64,000 bases of DNA, taken from Escherichia phage REP8. Below are positions 18,147 through 27,757 of the stretch, one piece after another. The notes beneath the pieces are model-generated. The model saw only the letters and a program-made list of their open reading frames with translations, was not told the origin of the DNA and did no database searches. Location: the sequence record OQ174507.1; one strand, given 5' to 3'. The position numbers and the translations under genes are program-made. Every line of letters begins with the position of its first letter. Position 1 is the stretch's first letter.

Positions 18147-18337
18147 TACTCAATATCTACAAGTTCTTGTGCAATGCTTTTAAGGTTACCTTTCAAGAAA
18201 ACCTTCTCAGAACCTGAAAGAGATGAATTGTCAATTAACCTGTTCATTCTCTCAAACAACTTCTGCTTACGGTTCTTGATAGTTTCATTTGAAGCACCTT
18301 TCATCATCGCTGCATGGGTTCTTCCACGGTGGCTCAT
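18128..18337 (-). CDS. hypothetical protein
   Basis: ORF only. Confidence 0.25.
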   Translation of the reverse strand: MSHRGRTHAAMMKGASNETIKNRKQKLFERMNRLIDNSSLSGSEKVFLKGNLKSIAQELVDIEYWRHQK

Positions 18338-18388
18338 AAGCCCTCCTATACAAGATATTGTATAAGGTACTCTTCCATGAGCACCTTG

Positions 18389-18925
18389 TCAACTTAGTTT
18401 TGCAAACTCTCCGTGGAGTTTCATAGCAGCTTCACAGTAAGCTTTATGGGCTTCTTCAGGGGTGTCATGGTGACCTAAAAACATCTTCTTACCTTTATAA
18501 CTTATCTGTGCGACCCACTTACCAGACTTCTTCTTAAGACTTACACCCTTGTACCCAGATTTATTGGTGACTGGTTTGCCTTTATTCCAAGCACTTTGAA
18601 AGTCATCTGCTTCCCTTAAGTTTACAATCCTGTTGTCAAGTGAGTCTCCGTTGATATGGTCAATGATACCTTTTGGCATCTTGCCATACACGTAAAGCCA
18701 TGCGAGTCTGTGTGCTTTATGTGCTTTCTTGTCAAAATAGATACTAATCTGTTTATGACCACTTGAATCAGTCTGGATATTACCTGCCACCTTTCCTGCA
18801 TAATTACTGTTAAAAACACTAACAGCTCTTGATTTACCTTCTCTGCGAAGCCAAGTAAAGACCCCTGTTTCGGGGTCATAGTGTAGTAGCTCCTTTAAAC
18901 GTTTTTGTGAAATAAAATCCATCAA
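18389..18925 (-). CDS. HNH homing endonuclease with AP2-like DNA-binding domain
   Basis: HINGDSLDNRIVNLR HNH motif plus YKGVSLKKKSGKWVAQISYKGKKMFLGHHDTPEEAHKAY AP2-like segment; starts immediately after the polymerase stop codon. Confidence 0.65.
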   Translation of the reverse strand: MMDFISQKRLKELLHYDPETGVFTWLRREGKSRAVSVFNSNYAGKVAGNIQTDSSGHKQISIYFDKKAHKAHRLAWLYVYGKMPKGIIDHINGDSLDNRIVNLREADDFQSAWNKGKPVTNKSGYKGVSLKKKSGKWVAQISYKGKKMFLGHHDTPEEAHKAYCEAAMKLHGEFAKLS

Positions 18926-19482
18926 TCAATGTACCTCATACCAACTCTTACCAACCTTTGCTGTACCAGTTACAAGTGTTTCTTTCTTCAAACCTAAGTT
19001 TTTTGAAGCTTGCCCATACATCCAGTCAGCAATTGCTTTCATATCATGTGTCATATTCTCTGGGCATTCCCAACTATTTTCGTCGTGATATGCCAGAAGT
19101 AGTCTTGCTCCGATAGCTGGTTTTCGAGCATTCAGTTTTGTCAGGCCATCTTCACAGGCTTTTCTTGCTGCTAGGTTGATGGCCTCATTCTGAATCTGTG
19201 CTTCCGAACTCATCAGGAGGTAGTTCAGTAGTTTATGTGGAGATTTGCACCATATCCATGCTCCAGCGACCCTGATATAACCACCCTTAGCAATTGAAGA
19301 ATTCTTCCCAAAAACCTCTTCCAGAGCCTTTTTAGACGCCTTAAAATCGGCTTCTAAGCTATCAAGTAAACTCTTAATCTTCGGTAGACGCATATAGTAA
19401 GTCTGCTTAGTCAATGCACCTTCCTCTGTAGAAGCTGCCTTAATGGTTTTGGCAAACTTCTCATCACCTGCACCGAACAATA
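18926..19482 (-). CDS. DNA polymerase (family A), exon 2 (C-terminal part)
   Basis: FGAGDEK (motif B continuation), LLLAYHDE (motif C), C-terminal ...WYEVH ending typical of Pol A. Confidence 0.65.
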
Positions 19483-19750
19483 CATCTGGTCAATACACTC
19501 GCAAGGTGTACCAGTTCTCTTATGAACTTCTCCGCATTTCTACGGAGTGTCGGACTATATCACGTAGTAGTAATACTACCGTTGCACTTGGGAATGGTCA
19601 TTAGCTTACCACCCTACTCTACTCAGTTCATACATTAAGTATGCTTTTCGATAGTCTCTGAACGTTCCTCTCAAGAGGCTTCGCTGCTGATTACCGTATC
19701 TTCTCAGACTTAGGCTTCCAGCAATTCACAACGTTTTACATGCGCCACTG
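19483..19750 (-). ncRNA. putative group I self-splicing intron in DNA polymerase gene (boundaries inferred, +/- a few nt)
   Basis: 268-nt ORF-less insertion inside Pol A motif B; minus-strand R-like GTTCAGAGACTATCG (19664-19649) and S-like GATATAGTCC (19564-19550); 5' exon ends in U, insertion ends in G; joining restores KNGIYALLFGAGDEK. Confidence 0.55.
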
Positions 19751-21923
19751 ACGCATAAATGCCATTTTTGGCTTTCTTACGACCTTTTGTAATCTCGTGG
19801 AGAAGTTCCTCATCCTGTGTCTCCCTGCAACGAACAATATCCTCTTCTTTGTTAAGACCAAAGTAAATACTGTTCAGTGTATGCGCATCAGTCCCTGTGT
19901 AGACTTCATAGAGGTCGTTCTCAGCATCATAACGAAGATACTTATCAGTTTCTGGATTAAGATACTTATCGAGATGCTTGCAATAGTATCTGCCATCTTC
20001 TTGCTTAGTGAACTCTACTGACTCTTTACCCTCAGTTACCGCTTTGGTGAACTCTTTATCACCCATAAAGTTACAAAGAAGAACAAGCTGTGCAGAGTTC
20101 TGGTCAACTGAAACGATATTAGTCCCTTCCTCGCAAATCCAAACCTCCCTCATAGGCGCTCCATAGACAGCAGCACCAGACGGTACGTTTACAATACCAT
20201 ATTGTGTCATACGTCCAGTTGAAGTACCAAACACCATTGCACCAGCACTAAGGCGACCATCAGGACGAATCTGGTTCAACCAACCTTTTTCATCATCCTT
20301 TGAGTTCTCAATAGTTCTGCGTCGGTGCATCAAAGTATAGTACTTAGCAATCTTCTGTCCAAGCTCACCTTCAATCGTGTCATAAGATGATTCAGTAAGT
20401 TTTGGTGAAGTACGGATTAAGCAAGGCTCAAGCAAATCTGTGTATTTCTTCACAGACCAGTTATGTTCAATGTACTGTACACCTTCATGCTCAACATAGC
20501 TCAAACCACACCGCTCAACCATTTCCTGCCACTTAGGATGCTTTGTAATCATCTTTTTATTGTCTTTGAAACGACAAACTTTAACAGGGCGACCATCTGA
20601 GTCTTTCTTGTAGTTCCAGTCATCTGGAATCCAACCAACTGATTTCAAGTAGTCTTTAACAACTGCTACCTGAGTCATACGAGAAACTTCAAACTCAATT
20701 GGTGTATACGGTGCATCAATCAAACCTGTGTAGCGACTCGACTCAAGCTCAAAGTGGTTAACAACGTGGCTGTTATAGTACTTCACAGTTTTGACTGTTT
20801 TTACTGGCTTCCAGTCTTTGCATTTCTTACCAATCTTTGCGTTCAACTCATTGCAAATTGCACGAGCATCCTTCATTGCTACAAAACCTTCTTTGTACTC
20901 TTCACCAGTTACAGAGTTGGTTGGTGTATAGCAATTCCGCTTTTCAATGTTAAAAATCTTTGTAGTTGGCTTACCAAATGGCTTGATTTCATATGTCTGC
21001 ATCTCACCGTTACGTACCTGTTGACGATACTTTGTCTTAGGGTACTTGGTAATTCTCTTCAGTCCATCTGCATGACCAAATGCTTCAACATACTCATTCC
21101 AAGCTTTTGCAAACTCTTCTCCAGTGACTTTACCTTTGGTCTTAATAGTTGGAGGTAGATGTGGTTCAACCTCTGAAGCAAGCTCATTAGTCAACTTGTC
21201 AAGTTCCTTTACATGGAACTCCATAAGTTCTTTATCAGCTTTCCAGCCATTGATAGCTTGTTGACTCATCCAGAAAGATGTTTCTTTAGCTCGCATGTAG
21301 GTTTCATAGGTGTCTACGCCACACTTCTTTAGCTTCAGATATTCATTATCCAATGCACGTTTAGTTTTGGCGTTGATACGGATATCTTCTACAACACGAG
21401 TGAAGATTTCTGCATTCCACACACCCCAATGTTCAATCTCTGGTTTACGAACACCAACACGAGCACCCCATGCAGCCAAGCCATGAGCACCTTTATAACC
21501 CTTTGGAGTTGGCCTATCCATCCACTGAACACGAGACTGGATAAGAGAATCCTGAAAGAAATTACTCCACGGTTTACACTTTGGATTATCAAAGTTCCAT
21601 AAATCAGGTGCAATGTGATTGAAAACCCACCAGTCATAACCGAGACCGTTATGGATGCAAAGACGTTTTGCCTTTAACGCAAATTCAACACCTTCACGTA
21701 AACCACCCTTGATGTACTTAGTGTACTTGTGACCGAGGATAGGTTCATCTGTAAAGACCCATACAGGTGGCTCTTCATCGTCAGATTTATAGTCTGCGAA
21801 AGCCATTACGTGCACTTTAGTGAACTCAAGAAGTAAACCATCAGTTTCTGTATCACCAACTAAATGTAAGTTTTTAAAATCTACGTTTTCCATTTTTACT
21901 CCCTCTAAAATCATTAACCTCAT
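19751..21923 (-). CDS. DNA polymerase (family A, T7-like), exon 1 with 3'-5' exonuclease domain
   Basis: DTETDG Exo I motif; VSVDQNSAQLVLL motif A; RKKAKNGIY start of motif B; the ORF then reads into the insertion for 12 codons before a stop. Confidence 0.7.
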
Positions 21924-22088
21924 ACATTACTGCAAAAAATTATAAAAAGCAAGTTGACAATGTACTTGACAAGGTGTTAATCTTTGCGAAGTGGGTTTTT
22001 ACTTAAAAGGTTACTTAACAGTTTAACTATACAGATACTTTAAAACTCTTAAAAGATTATTTAATAGCTTTTAAAAAGCTTTAAAGTA

Positions 22089-22107
22089 TAACGTATAGAA
22101 TACGTTA
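22089..22107. promoter_or_regulatory. perfect 19-bp palindrome in divergent intergenic region
   Basis: TAACGTAT-aga-ATACGTTA between the divergently transcribed polymerase and 22151 genes. Confidence 0.35.
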
Positions 22108-22150
22108 AGATAAAAGATTAAAACTTAATAGTTACTTAAAAGAGGCTTAC

Positions 22151-22573
22151 ATGCAGAAAATGTTTGTTCACCCAGACATAGCTGACTTTGTTAGGGCTTT
22201 GCAGAAGTTGGAAGAACTTGACATTGCTGCTCAACGGGAATATGCTCACCATCACAGGAGAATGGTTGATATACAACATGAAATAGAGTTGTCTGAAAAC
22301 TATGAAGATGACTTAAAATGCTCTGTATTTGAGCATATGAAAGATGTTGCTACAGCGAGACGTAAAGCTAAAGACACAGTTGCTTTACTAGATTCTCTTA
22401 AAAAGAGGTTGCAAAGTGGTACAGACCTGTGTAATCTAGCGTCACTGATTAACGATGTTGAAACTTCTTGGGATAGACATTACTATCCACGTTCTGAAAA
22501 GACACTTGACTTTTCTTCATCAGAAAACTTAAAATGCTCTAGAAAGAAACTTAACCAACTGAGAGAGAAATAA
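22151..22573 (+). CDS. hypothetical protein
   Basis: ORF only. Confidence 0.3.
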   Translation: MQKMFVHPDIADFVRALQKLEELDIAAQREYAHHHRRMVDIQHEIELSENYEDDLKCSVFEHMKDVATARRKAKDTVALLDSLKKRLQSGTDLCNLASLINDVETSWDRHYYPRSEKTLDFSSSENLKCSRKKLNQLREK

Positions 22574-22574
22574 T

Positions 22575-23375
22575 ATGAACACTACTGTAGACCAAATACT
22601 TAAAGAAAAAGGTATTGACGAAGCATTCTTAATCAATGCCGTAGAAAGCATGGCTATGATTCTTCGTGGAAACAACTACACAGAACAGTTTATGCCTGCA
22701 AGCTATAACTTGCCTAAAGACAAGTCTGATAACGGTGCTTTTGCAGAACAGGTTAATATGATGCTGTGTGACAAAACACTTGCTTTAGCATCTATCGTTG
22801 TAGGTGTTGATGCTCTTGCAGAGTTCATTTTTTATGAGATGCAGAAAAATGACTATATTGCAATGACCTCTGAAGAAAAAGACTCGTTACTGCTCTTAGG
22901 CTATGATGAGCTAGTTAACCTATTAATTTCGTCAACGAGTGCTGTTATGGCTGCTCTTGAGAAGCGCATGGAAGAGAAGCTGTCACGATATGAAAAACTT
23001 GATTGGGGCGTAGAAGAGTTAAACCCACGAATCAAAGAGATTATCCAGCAAACTAAAGACTCTTTAGCAGAAGCTGTGAAAGATGACTCTGTAGCTGATG
23101 TAGAACCACTACAGGTGAAAGTTGCATTGATGATTCCAGCTATCTCTACGATGATGAATATCGTTGCACTAATCCAACTTTCACAGATGATGGGTACAAG
23201 CATTGAGTTCATTGAGAGTATGACTGGTGGTGTGAGTATGCAAGCAATCAATGATGTTTTGGTAAGCATCGGTGCTTCAATCATTGAAGAGAAGCTTCGC
23301 ATTAACTTCGGCGATGATTTTGTGAAGCAAATCTCAGCTATGGCTGAAAAAGAGTATACTGACCAACTGCACTAA
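22575..23375 (+). CDS. hypothetical protein
   Basis: ORF only. Confidence 0.3.
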   Translation: MNTTVDQILKEKGIDEAFLINAVESMAMILRGNNYTEQFMPASYNLPKDKSDNGAFAEQVNMMLCDKTLALASIVVGVDALAEFIFYEMQKNDYIAMTSEEKDSLLLLGYDELVNLLISSTSAVMAALEKRMEEKLSRYEKLDWGVEELNPRIKEIIQQTKDSLAEAVKDDSVADVEPLQVKVALMIPAISTMMNIVALIQLSQMMGTSIEFIESMTGGVSMQAINDVLVSIGASIIEEKLRINFGDDFVKQISAMAEKEYTDQLH

Positions 23376-23436
23376 GTCTTTATAAATCTCACAAGCCTCC
23401 TTAGTTGGGGGCTTTTTAGTAATTAAGGAATATAAA

Positions 23437-24180
23437 ATGAGTAGTATTGTTGCATTTACTGGAAAGGCACGTTCTGGAAAAGACACCTCATGTTCTATTG
23501 TGAAGAACATCTTAGAGGATGAATACGGCTATAATGTTGCTGTAATGGCCTATGCAGACAACCTTAAGCTATCTGCATCAAAGATATTTGACCTGACTTG
23601 GAATGACCTGTATGGTGAAACTAAAGAGACTCCACAGGTTTTTGATTTATCATATCCTGAACTGATGTTCAAAGTTACAGAAGCTATGGAGTTCACCTTC
23701 AAAGGTGAACGTTACCATACGGACTTTAAACTTATGTCAGAGTTAACCGGACGATTAATCATGGAACTTAAGAAGGTTGCTAAACCGACTCTATTAACAC
23801 GTCTGGGATTTAGTAAAAAGTATAAATTCTCATCAAGACAAATTCAACAGATTTGGGGCACTGAAGTTATCCGTAAAGTTCTGGGTGACAAGTTCTGGGC
23901 TAAAGACCTCGAAAAACGAATGGTAAATTTCTTTGATGTTTGCTCGCTTAGAAATCAAGAAGGTGTTGTTTTAATCAGTGATTTAAGATTTGACTCTGAA
24001 GCTGAGTGGCTGAGTAGATTTGCACACCAAACCATTGAAGTAAAAAGAGACAATGTGGACAAAGTTTCATCACATGTTTCAGAAAATGGGATTTCTACAA
24101 AATATGAGCGTGACATTATTCATAATAATGGTACTCTTGCAGACCTTGAGAGCAAGCTAAGAGCTATCCTGAAAATTTAA
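23437..24180 (+). CDS. deoxynucleoside monophosphate kinase (T4 gp1-like)
   Basis: N-terminal P-loop VAFTGKARSGKDT resembles T4 dNMP kinase LSGVKRSGKDT; similar length. Confidence 0.5.
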   Translation: MSSIVAFTGKARSGKDTSCSIVKNILEDEYGYNVAVMAYADNLKLSASKIFDLTWNDLYGETKETPQVFDLSYPELMFKVTEAMEFTFKGERYHTDFKLMSELTGRLIMELKKVAKPTLLTRLGFSKKYKFSSRQIQQIWGTEVIRKVLGDKFWAKDLEKRMVNFFDVCSLRNQEGVVLISDLRFDSEAEWLSRFAHQTIEVKRDNVDKVSSHVSENGISTKYERDIIHNNGTLADLESKLRAILKI

Positions 24181-24188
24181 AAGAGAGA

Positions 24189-24389
24189 ATGAAGATGAGA
24201 GTAAAAGATAATTTTAAGGTTATTGACCATCGTTTAGTGGAACTCTCATCTCTTTCCAATGAGGTAATGATTGAACGTCTTAAGAGAGTTGAATCACGAA
24301 GGAAAGAGATTGCAGATGAAATTCATGAACTGGACAAGATTGAAAATGGATTGAAGGCAGAACTACAACGAAGAGGTGCTAATGTCTAA
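24189..24389 (+). CDS. hypothetical coiled-coil protein
   Basis: ORF only. Confidence 0.25.
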   Translation: MKMRVKDNFKVIDHRLVELSSLSNEVMIERLKRVESRRKEIADEIHELDKIENGLKAELQRRGANV

Positions 24390-26367
24390 AGGTCGTAAAT
24401 TGAAAGAGGCTGGTCAGTTTATTGGTCATTGTGCATGTCCACGTTGTGGTTCATCAGATGCTGGTTCAATCTACCATCATGACGATGATTCTTATTCGAT
24501 GACTTGCTTTAGCTGTAACAAAGGTTTCCCAGAGTGGGATTTTGATAAAGGACAAATCGTGAGCACTTACTCTACTGGTTCAGACAATAAAAACCGTACT
24601 TTCCGTGGAATGGATTTAGCCGATGTAAAAGAAAACCTTGAAGCAATGGACTTAAAAGACAGGAAGATTCCTGCAAAAGTTCTTGAGCGTTTGGGTATCA
24701 AGGTTGACATTGACAGTGACGGTGAAATTGACGCACATTTCTACCCAACTTACAAACGTAATGAAGATGGTAAGTTAGAGCACGTTGGTTACCGTGTACG
24801 TCACCGTTACCCAGAAGACCATCCAAAAGAGCACCTACGTGGTAAGCTAAAAGACTTTTCTGGTGGTGTCGGAGACATTAAAGGTGAACTGGCAATGTTC
24901 GGTTCATGGATTGCTCCAGAAGGTGGTAACCGTCTATTCATCTGGGAAGGTGAGATGGAATGTGCGACAGCAATCTACATGACTTCTTTGGCGATTAAAG
25001 ATAAGTCTCGTCGTAAGAATTACTGTCACGTATCTGTCCCATCAGGTGCAAACATCAAGTCTATCAAAGATAACTATCAGTACATTACATCATTTGATGA
25101 GATTTACTTGTGCTTTGATAACGATGAAGCAGGTGCTAAAGCCACTAAAGAGGCTGCTGGTATCCTACCTATTGAGAAGGTTCGTTTATTCCAGTATCCA
25201 GAAGGTGTAAAAGACCTTAACGAGTGGTGGACAAAGTTCTATAAAGAGAAAGATACAGTTCTGGAGGGGTTTAAGCAGCGTATCTACAATGCACCTCGTT
25301 ACTGTCCTGCTGGTATCAAGAACTTCGCAGATGGTTTTGAGGCAATGAAGAATCGTGGTCAGATTCCATTGATTCCTTTCCCAGAATCTTTCGGGGATTT
25401 GAACAGACTGACTTATGGTGGTTACGGTTTAGGCGAGATTACGACTATTGCAGCACCATCCTCAGTAGGTAAATCAGCTTACACCCGTGAAATGATTTAC
25501 ACTGCTTGGAAAGAAACTGATTATAATATTGGTGTAATTCCTGTAGAGGATACCTATGAAGAGTTGATGGAGATGCTCTGTGCAATCCACCTAAGCAAGC
25601 AGATTTCTGAGATTCCTTATGATGAACGAGATTGGGATGAATTAAAGGGAGCACACGCCGAGCTTTCAAAAGGTCGTCGTATCCATATCGTTGACCATCA
25701 AGGGGCAATTGACCAAGATAACTTGCTGGAGTTTGTTGACTATCTTGTTAACAGCTTAGATTGTAAGATTATTATTCTTGACCCTATTACGTTGGCTCTG
25801 TCACGTTCAGATACGGATGAAGAGGAAGTTTTGTCTGAGCTATTGCGTCGTTGCAAACGCTACCAGTATGCGCAGGTAAACGTATGTCACGTTCGTAAGA
25901 GTGCAGGTGGTCAGAAAGCTAACTCTGAAGGTGGGGATATCTCTGAAGAGGATATCAAGGGTTCTGGTGCGTATTTCCAGATTTCCATGAATAATATTTT
26001 GTTAATGCGTAACAAGGTTGACCCAGACCCTGTTAAGAAAAACTTGACAAAAATCAAGTTAACTAAATGTCGTCGTCACGGTAAGTCAACGGGTATTGCT
26101 GGTCATACTTGGTACAATCCAGATACAGGGCGTCTCATTAAAGCATCTGGTTGTGGAGTTGACATTGATGGTGCAGCAGAAAATATCCGTCAACAGTTTG
26201 GTATTGGTGAGGCTGAAGACCATTACGATGACTCTTTGCCACATTATGAGGATGAAGTGTTTGACCGTGAGACTGGTGAAGTCTATACTGATGAGCAGCG
26301 TCAAAGCTCAACGATTCCACCTGTATTAAGTGAGGATGCAGATGACTGCCCGTTCGAAACTGAGTGA
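24376..26367 (+). CDS. bifunctional DNA primase/helicase (T7 gp4-like)
   Basis: N-terminal Cys4 zinc finger (CPRCG...CFSCN), central TOPRIM-like region, Walker A APSSVGKSAYT and Walker B IIILDPIT of a DnaB-type helicase. Confidence 0.7.
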   Translation: MLMSKGRKLKEAGQFIGHCACPRCGSSDAGSIYHHDDDSYSMTCFSCNKGFPEWDFDKGQIVSTYSTGSDNKNRTFRGMDLADVKENLEAMDLKDRKIPAKVLERLGIKVDIDSDGEIDAHFYPTYKRNEDGKLEHVGYRVRHRYPEDHPKEHLRGKLKDFSGGVGDIKGELAMFGSWIAPEGGNRLFIWEGEMECATAIYMTSLAIKDKSRRKNYCHVSVPSGANIKSIKDNYQYITSFDEIYLCFDNDEAGAKATKEAAGILPIEKVRLFQYPEGVKDLNEWWTKFYKEKDTVLEGFKQRIYNAPRYCPAGIKNFADGFEAMKNRGQIPLIPFPESFGDLNRLTYGGYGLGEITTIAAPSSVGKSAYTREMIYTAWKETDYNIGVIPVEDTYEELMEMLCAIHLSKQISEIPYDERDWDELKGAHAELSKGRRIHIVDHQGAIDQDNLLEFVDYLVNSLDCKIIILDPITLALSRSDTDEEEVLSELLRRCKRYQYAQVNVCHVRKSAGGQKANSEGGDISEEDIKGSGAYFQISMNNILLMRNKVDPDPVKKNLTKIKLTKCRRHGKSTGIAGHTWYNPDTGRLIKASGCGVDIDGAAENIRQQFGIGEAEDHYDDSLPHYEDEVFDRETGEVYTDEQRQSSTIPPVLSEDADDCPFETE

Positions 26368-26623
26368 TATCTATAAAAGAGAGGGGTTCATACCCTTCTT
26401 TGAAGAAAAAAGTTTAAATAAATTTCAGGAAGAGTGTTTGACAAAGGTTGATAGGTTCTATAGAATGCTCTACATGAAATGTGATGGGGGTGTTGAGGTA
26501 GAAGAAAAGTTCCATCACAGCATAATCACAGTCACTATTACTATACCTAAACATAATATTGGTTGGCTGTTTATAATGAAAGAAAATGTGTTTGAATATC
26601 AAGTATATCGGAGAATATCATGA
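26330..26623 (+). CDS. hypothetical protein
   Basis: ORF overlapping helicase 3' end. Confidence 0.25.
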   Translation: MRMQMTARSKLSDIYKREGFIPFFEEKSLNKFQEECLTKVDRFYRMLYMKCDGGVEVEEKFHHSIITVTITIPKHNIGWLFIMKENVFEYQVYRRIS

Positions 26624-26769
26624 AACACTCTAAAGCATTTGAAAAAGTTTTTGGGGATTCCTTAAAAGCCACTGCTGGAAAACCAGCAAAATACTATGAA
26701 GAGAAGCGTGTAAGAACTGGAAAAACTGCACGTAAAGCAGCTTCTAAAGATAAGCACAACTTCCAGTAA
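26620..26769 (+). CDS. small hypothetical protein (49 aa, below ORF-track cutoff)
   Basis: ATGA start/stop overlap with upstream ORF; basic, Lys-rich. Confidence 0.2.
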   Translation: MKHSKAFEKVFGDSLKATAGKPAKYYEEKRVRTGKTARKAASKDKHNFQ

Positions 26770-26776
26770 TTAATGT

Positions 26777-26805
26777 TTGACAATAGAGTATCAACAAATT
26801 AGAAT
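26777..26805 (+). promoter_or_regulatory. sigma70-like promoter
   Basis: TTGACA-N17-TAGAAT upstream of SSB-like gene. Confidence 0.45.
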
Positions 26806-26841
26806 TGGTACTCTTCATAAATTGAGATAGAGGTTTAAATA

Positions 26842-27696
26842 ATGTCTAAAGTTGTTAAAATGAAAGCTCCGGTAGAGAAGTACAACGGTACTGAACGTCA
26901 AACTCTGCGTTACCTTCTGAAAGATGTCTGGTTTTATTACCTGAACACTTCACCACGTCCGGGTAAAGGTAAATCTATTGACAAGAAATTCCCAGGAAAA
27001 GATTGTAACTACAGCGTATCAATTCTGGCAGAAGACGGTAACAAACTCTTTAAAGAGTTTACTAAGTCTAAGAAGAACCCAGAAGGTTGGGATAAAGTTA
27101 CTACTGAAGCAGTTGATGCAGATGACTTCGAAGAGAAGTTTGGCTGCAAACCACCATTTGAAGCAGACACTTACTACATCTTGAAAGTAAGTCGTGCAGC
27201 AGCTTATAAAGATGGTGCTGTATGGACAGCTAAACAGTCATTCCCTGTAATGCTGATTGAGGAAGTAAATGGTAAGCGTGTAGCTGTTAAACAGCCGATG
27301 AAGAAAATCAAAGCTCAAGCATCTGATAAACATGAAGATGACAAGAACTATGATGTAATTCATCCAGATATTGCAGTTGGTAACGGTTCTTTCGGTAGTG
27401 TGATTCTCTCTACTCACTTCTACACTTTTGAGAACAATGTTCTGACAAAACCTATTCAGGAACAGTTTATCATTGATACTCTTGTACCTTACACTGGTGG
27501 TAACGGTGCTAATGGTGAACCTGAACTGGATGAAGATGAACTGGCTATGCTTGGTCTTGATGGTGTCGAAGATAACGGTGAAATCACTGAAGAAGACGCA
27601 AAAGACCACAAACCTTCGAACGATTCTGATGATGATGATGAAGATTTGCCAGACCCAGATGACGAAGAAGATGAAGACTTCGATACAGAAGATTAA
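26842..27696 (+). CDS. single-stranded DNA-binding protein (T7 gp2.5-like) with acidic C-terminal tail
   Basis: Position in replication module; extremely acidic C-terminus SNDSDDDDEDLPDPDDEEDEDFDTED. Confidence 0.45.
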   Translation: MSKVVKMKAPVEKYNGTERQTLRYLLKDVWFYYLNTSPRPGKGKSIDKKFPGKDCNYSVSILAEDGNKLFKEFTKSKKNPEGWDKVTTEAVDADDFEEKFGCKPPFEADTYYILKVSRAAAYKDGAVWTAKQSFPVMLIEEVNGKRVAVKQPMKKIKAQASDKHEDDKNYDVIHPDIAVGNGSFGSVILSTHFYTFENNVLTKPIQEQFIIDTLVPYTGGNGANGEPELDEDELAMLGLDGVEDNGEITEEDAKDHKPSNDSDDDDEDLPDPDDEEDEDFDTED

Positions 27697-27757
27697 TCTC
27701 TAAAGTTGCTTTAAAGCCCTGTACTCCGTATGGGGCTTTTTCATATGGAGAGCCATA

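Noticed and set aside
18926-21923. DNA polymerase split read as a frameshift pseudogene or as an intein
   Set aside because: The insertion has no protein-coding continuity (so not an intein), both exons keep intact catalytic motifs, and the splice model restores motif B exactly with canonical U/G boundaries; an intron is the simplest reading.
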